The notes under the pieces were generated by a model. That model was not told where the DNA came from, searched no databases, and saw only the letters and a list, made by a program, of their open reading frames with translations. This document shows positions 32,902 to 35,137 of a stretch of 35,137 nucleotides of DNA, in pieces. Source of the DNA: an uncultured Bacilli bacterium (lineage in GTDB: Bacteria; Bacillota_I; Bacilli_A; RF39; UBA660); NCBI GenBank assembly GCA_944358725.1, contig CALVRS010000019.1:1-35137 (forward strand). The letters are read 5' to 3'. The first letter of the stretch is position 1. Every line of letters begins with the position of its first letter. Both the position numbers and the translations under genes were made by a program.

Positions 32902-33971
32902 AAAAAATTAATTTAAGCTTATTCATAAGTGTCATAATATTATCACTTTTTGGCCTGTTAATGGTCTATTCTTCTTCAAACATCTGGGCCGAATATAAAT
33001 TCTCTGATCCATTAAAATATGTTAAAAATCAAGGACTATTCTTAATATTAGGAATCATAATCATGTATATAATAAGTAAAATAAACTATCAAAAATACTA
33101 TAAATATGCAAACAAAATATTTTTAATATGCTTCATCTTAATCATCTTAGTTTTATTTATAGGAACTGAAAGAAATGGTAGTAAAAGTTGGTTTGGCATT
33201 GGCTCATTTGGCATCCAGCCAAGTGAATTTATGAAACTTGCCATGATAATTTTTACAAGTAAATATCTATACAACAATAAAAAAGACATCGGTAATATCA
33301 AAAAAGGTGTGATACCAATTTTAGGCCTCACCTTAATCGTCTTCTTACTCATAATGCTGCAGCCAGATTTTGGTACAGGCGTCATCCTTGTCATGGGTGT
33401 CGTCGGCCTTCTATTTGTTGGAGGAGTAGATTTAAAATTTTTCTTTAAAATAGCTGTATTAGCCATAATAGGTATAATAGGACTTATAATAGCCGCACCT
33501 TATAGATTAAAAAGAATACTATCATATCTAAACCCATGGAGTGACCCCTTAGGTAGTGGCTTTCAAATCATTCAGTCACTATATGCTATTGGCCCAGGTG
33601 GGCTGTTTGGATATGGCCTAGGTGGTTCAAGACAAAAACACTTCTACCTGCCAGAACCCCAAACCGATTTCATCTTCTCAATCATAAGTGAAGAATTTGG
33701 CTTTATGGGAGTAATTATCGTCTCATCACTTTTTGTATTTATTATCTATCAGTCCATTAAAATTGCTTTAAAATGCGAAAACCTCTTTGGTAAATACTTG
33801 GCCTTTGGCATAATATTCATGCTAGCCTTTCAAGCCTTGTTAAACTTATGTGTAGTAATTGGCCTAATACCAGTAACCGGAGTAACCTTGCCGTTTTTAT
33901 CATATGGTGGCTCTAGTTTATTAATAACTCTAGCCTCCATCGGTATAATTTTAAATATATCAAAACATTAA
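32898..33971 (+). CDS. ftsW: SEDS family peptidoglycan glycosyltransferase (FtsW/SpoVE/RodA-like)
   Basis: QPSEFMKLA, PDFGT, LPEPQTDFIFS and LPFLSYGGSS motifs. ATGA overlap with mraY; start at ATG 32898 rather than the track's 32844. Confidence 0.9.
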   Translation: MKKINLSLFISVIILSLFGLLMVYSSSNIWAEYKFSDPLKYVKNQGLFLILGIIIMYIISKINYQKYYKYANKIFLICFILIILVLFIGTERNGSKSWFGIGSFGIQPSEFMKLAMIIFTSKYLYNNKKDIGNIKKGVIPILGLTLIVFLLIMLQPDFGTGVILVMGVVGLLFVGGVDLKFFFKIAVLAIIGIIGLIIAAPYRLKRILSYLNPWSDPLGSGFQIIQSLYAIGPGGLFGYGLGGSRQKHFYLPEPQTDFIFSIISEEFGFMGVIIVSSLFVFIIYQSIKIALKCENLFGKYLAFGIIFMLAFQALLNLCVVIGLIPVTGVTLPFLSYGGSSLLITLASIGIILNISKH

Positions 33972-33987
33972 AATAATATTATAAAAA

Positions 33988-34013
33988 AACATTTGAGATA
34001 AAACCCAAATGTT
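33988..34013. terminator. Bidirectional terminator between ftsW (+) and the symporter gene (-)
   Basis: AACATTTG (33988-33995), 10-nt loop, CAAATGTT (34006-34013), with A/T runs on both sides. Confidence 0.65.
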
Positions 34014-35137
34014 ATTTATTTTTAGAAACCCAATCTTTACCATCGACAACTCTAGAAACAAGTAAAGAGCAGCTTGTATCGCCAACCGCATTTAACATCG
34101 TTGCTGGAGCATCAATAACCGTTGCAATCATAGTTAAAACAGGAAGCGCCGCAATTGGATAACCAAGCATCGAAATAATAAGCATCTCACTAATAGTACC
34201 ACCGCCAATAGGAACAGCACTAATTAAAACAGAAGCAATTAAAGCAACTAATAAAATCTGTAAAATAACGCCCCCATCTGCAATATTCGTACCAAATAAA
34301 CATACTAAAAACATAATCTTAAATACACTACCAATCATCGAACCATCTTGATGAAGATTAGTCGCAAGTGAAATAGTTGTATCAGCAATATCTTCAGATA
34401 CATTCATTTTCTTAGCTGAATCAATATTAATCGGAATACATGCAGCAGAAGAACATGTAGCTAAAGCCGTAAAAGTCGAAGGTAAAATATTTTTCCACCA
34501 AACCTTAACCGCCTTAGTACCTCCAGCAATAAAAGCATATAAAGTATAAACAATGATATAATAAGCAAATGCTACTAAAGCATATAAAATTGCCGTCTTA
34601 AGAAAACCAGTCGCAATACTCGCACCAAACGAACCGACATATGTTGCAAAATAACAACCAATACCAATTGGAGCATAATACATTGTAAGTTTAATAAAAT
34701 TAAAAACAACACTGTGAGCACTTTCAAAAACACTAATTAATGGCTCAGCTTTCTTGCCACTCATTCTCATAGAAAAACCAATAAGTAAGGCAAAAACAAG
34801 TATAGCAACCACATTTTCCTTAGAAAGTAATAAATTAAAATCTTCGACACTAACTAATGATACAGTTCTTTCTAAAAGATTTAAATCATCATCATTAGTC
34901 GTCTTACTATCAAAAAGTTCTTGAATAGCCGAATTATCTCCCGCATCTACAAGCGGGGTAAAATAAGTACTTGCAAACCCAATCGCCACCGCAATTATTG
35001 AAGTAATCAAAAACACAATAACCGTTGTAACCATAATCTTTCCAAGCCTTTTTGGATGCTTAACCTTCGCCACCGCTAAAGTAATTGTTAAAAACACAAG
35101 CGGAACAATAATTACAAACATTAAATTTAAAAATAAA
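34012..35137 (-). CDS. Dicarboxylate/amino acid:cation symporter (DAACS) family transporter; N-terminus probably beyond the window edge
   Basis: SSAACIPI, NLHQDGS, PIGGGT and DAPATMLNAVGD motifs. The reading frame stays open upstream of the first Met (35121) to the window end. Confidence 0.85.
   Translation of the reverse strand, partial: LFLNLMFVIIVPLVFLTITLAVAKVKHPKRLGKIMVTTVIVFLITSIIAVAIGFASTYFTPLVDAGDNSAIQELFDSKTTNDDDLNLLERTVSLVSVEDFNLLLSKENVVAILVFALLIGFSMRMSGKKAEPLISVFESAHSVVFNFIKLTMYYAPIGIGCYFATYVGSFGASIATGFLKTAILYALVAFAYYIIVYTLYAFIAGGTKAVKVWWKNILPSTFTALATCSSAACIPINIDSAKKMNVSEDIADTTISLATNLHQDGSMIGSVFKIMFLVCLFGTNIADGGVILQILLVALIASVLISAVPIGGGTISEMLIISMLGYPIAALPVLTMIATVIDAPATMLNAVGDTSCSLLVSRVVDGKDWVSKNK

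Overview
This is an AT-rich (by eye about 70% A+T) Bacillota-type chromosomal segment using the standard code (TGG is Trp, TGA is stop). Nearly all genes are on the + strand. The window is a patchwork of short conserved housekeeping operons: ylbD/ylbE-like-rsmD, rpsU-yqeY, rpsB-tsf, uppS-cdsA-rseP, mutL, a cysteine desulfurase, and class B PBP-mraY-ftsW. An accessory or rearranged segment sits at almost every junction between them.

The strongest hidden signal is a compact peptide-export locus the >=60 aa ORF track cannot show. A C39-peptidase ABC exporter (11085-13082) is followed 11 nt later by two overlapping small genes (13094-13225 and 13216-13377). Both encode canonical double-glycine-leader peptides with GxxxG motifs, consistent with a two-peptide bacteriocin. 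No immunity, accessory or regulator gene is nearby.

Other notable items:
- A Fic (HPFSDGNGRTAR) cassette bracketed by 113-bp direct repeats that duplicate the terminator, upstream region/RBS and first 12 codons of the downstream PBP gene, next to scrambled PBP fragments.
- An XRE regulator, 19-bp-arm palindrome, 26-codon micropeptide and secreted protein occupying the position where pyrH-frr normally sit between tsf and uppS.
- A stand-alone collagen-like GXT gene with eight 36-nt tandem repeats.
- Ribosomal protein S2 with a roughly 100-aa Lys/Glu-rich tail ending in a Rho_N/HeH-like motif.
- A promoter-to-terminator unit of about 300 nt with no ORF upstream of a desulfoferrodoxin gene.
- A dual-SBP sensor protein with a degenerate GGDEF site (NGNEF).
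- An orphan type IV prepilin.
- Two tRNAs, Leu-GAG and Thr-CGU.
- The end of an ISL3-like IS at the left edge.

No CRISPR array, rRNA or prophage structural module was seen. All family assignments come from motif recognition by eye; no database search was possible.
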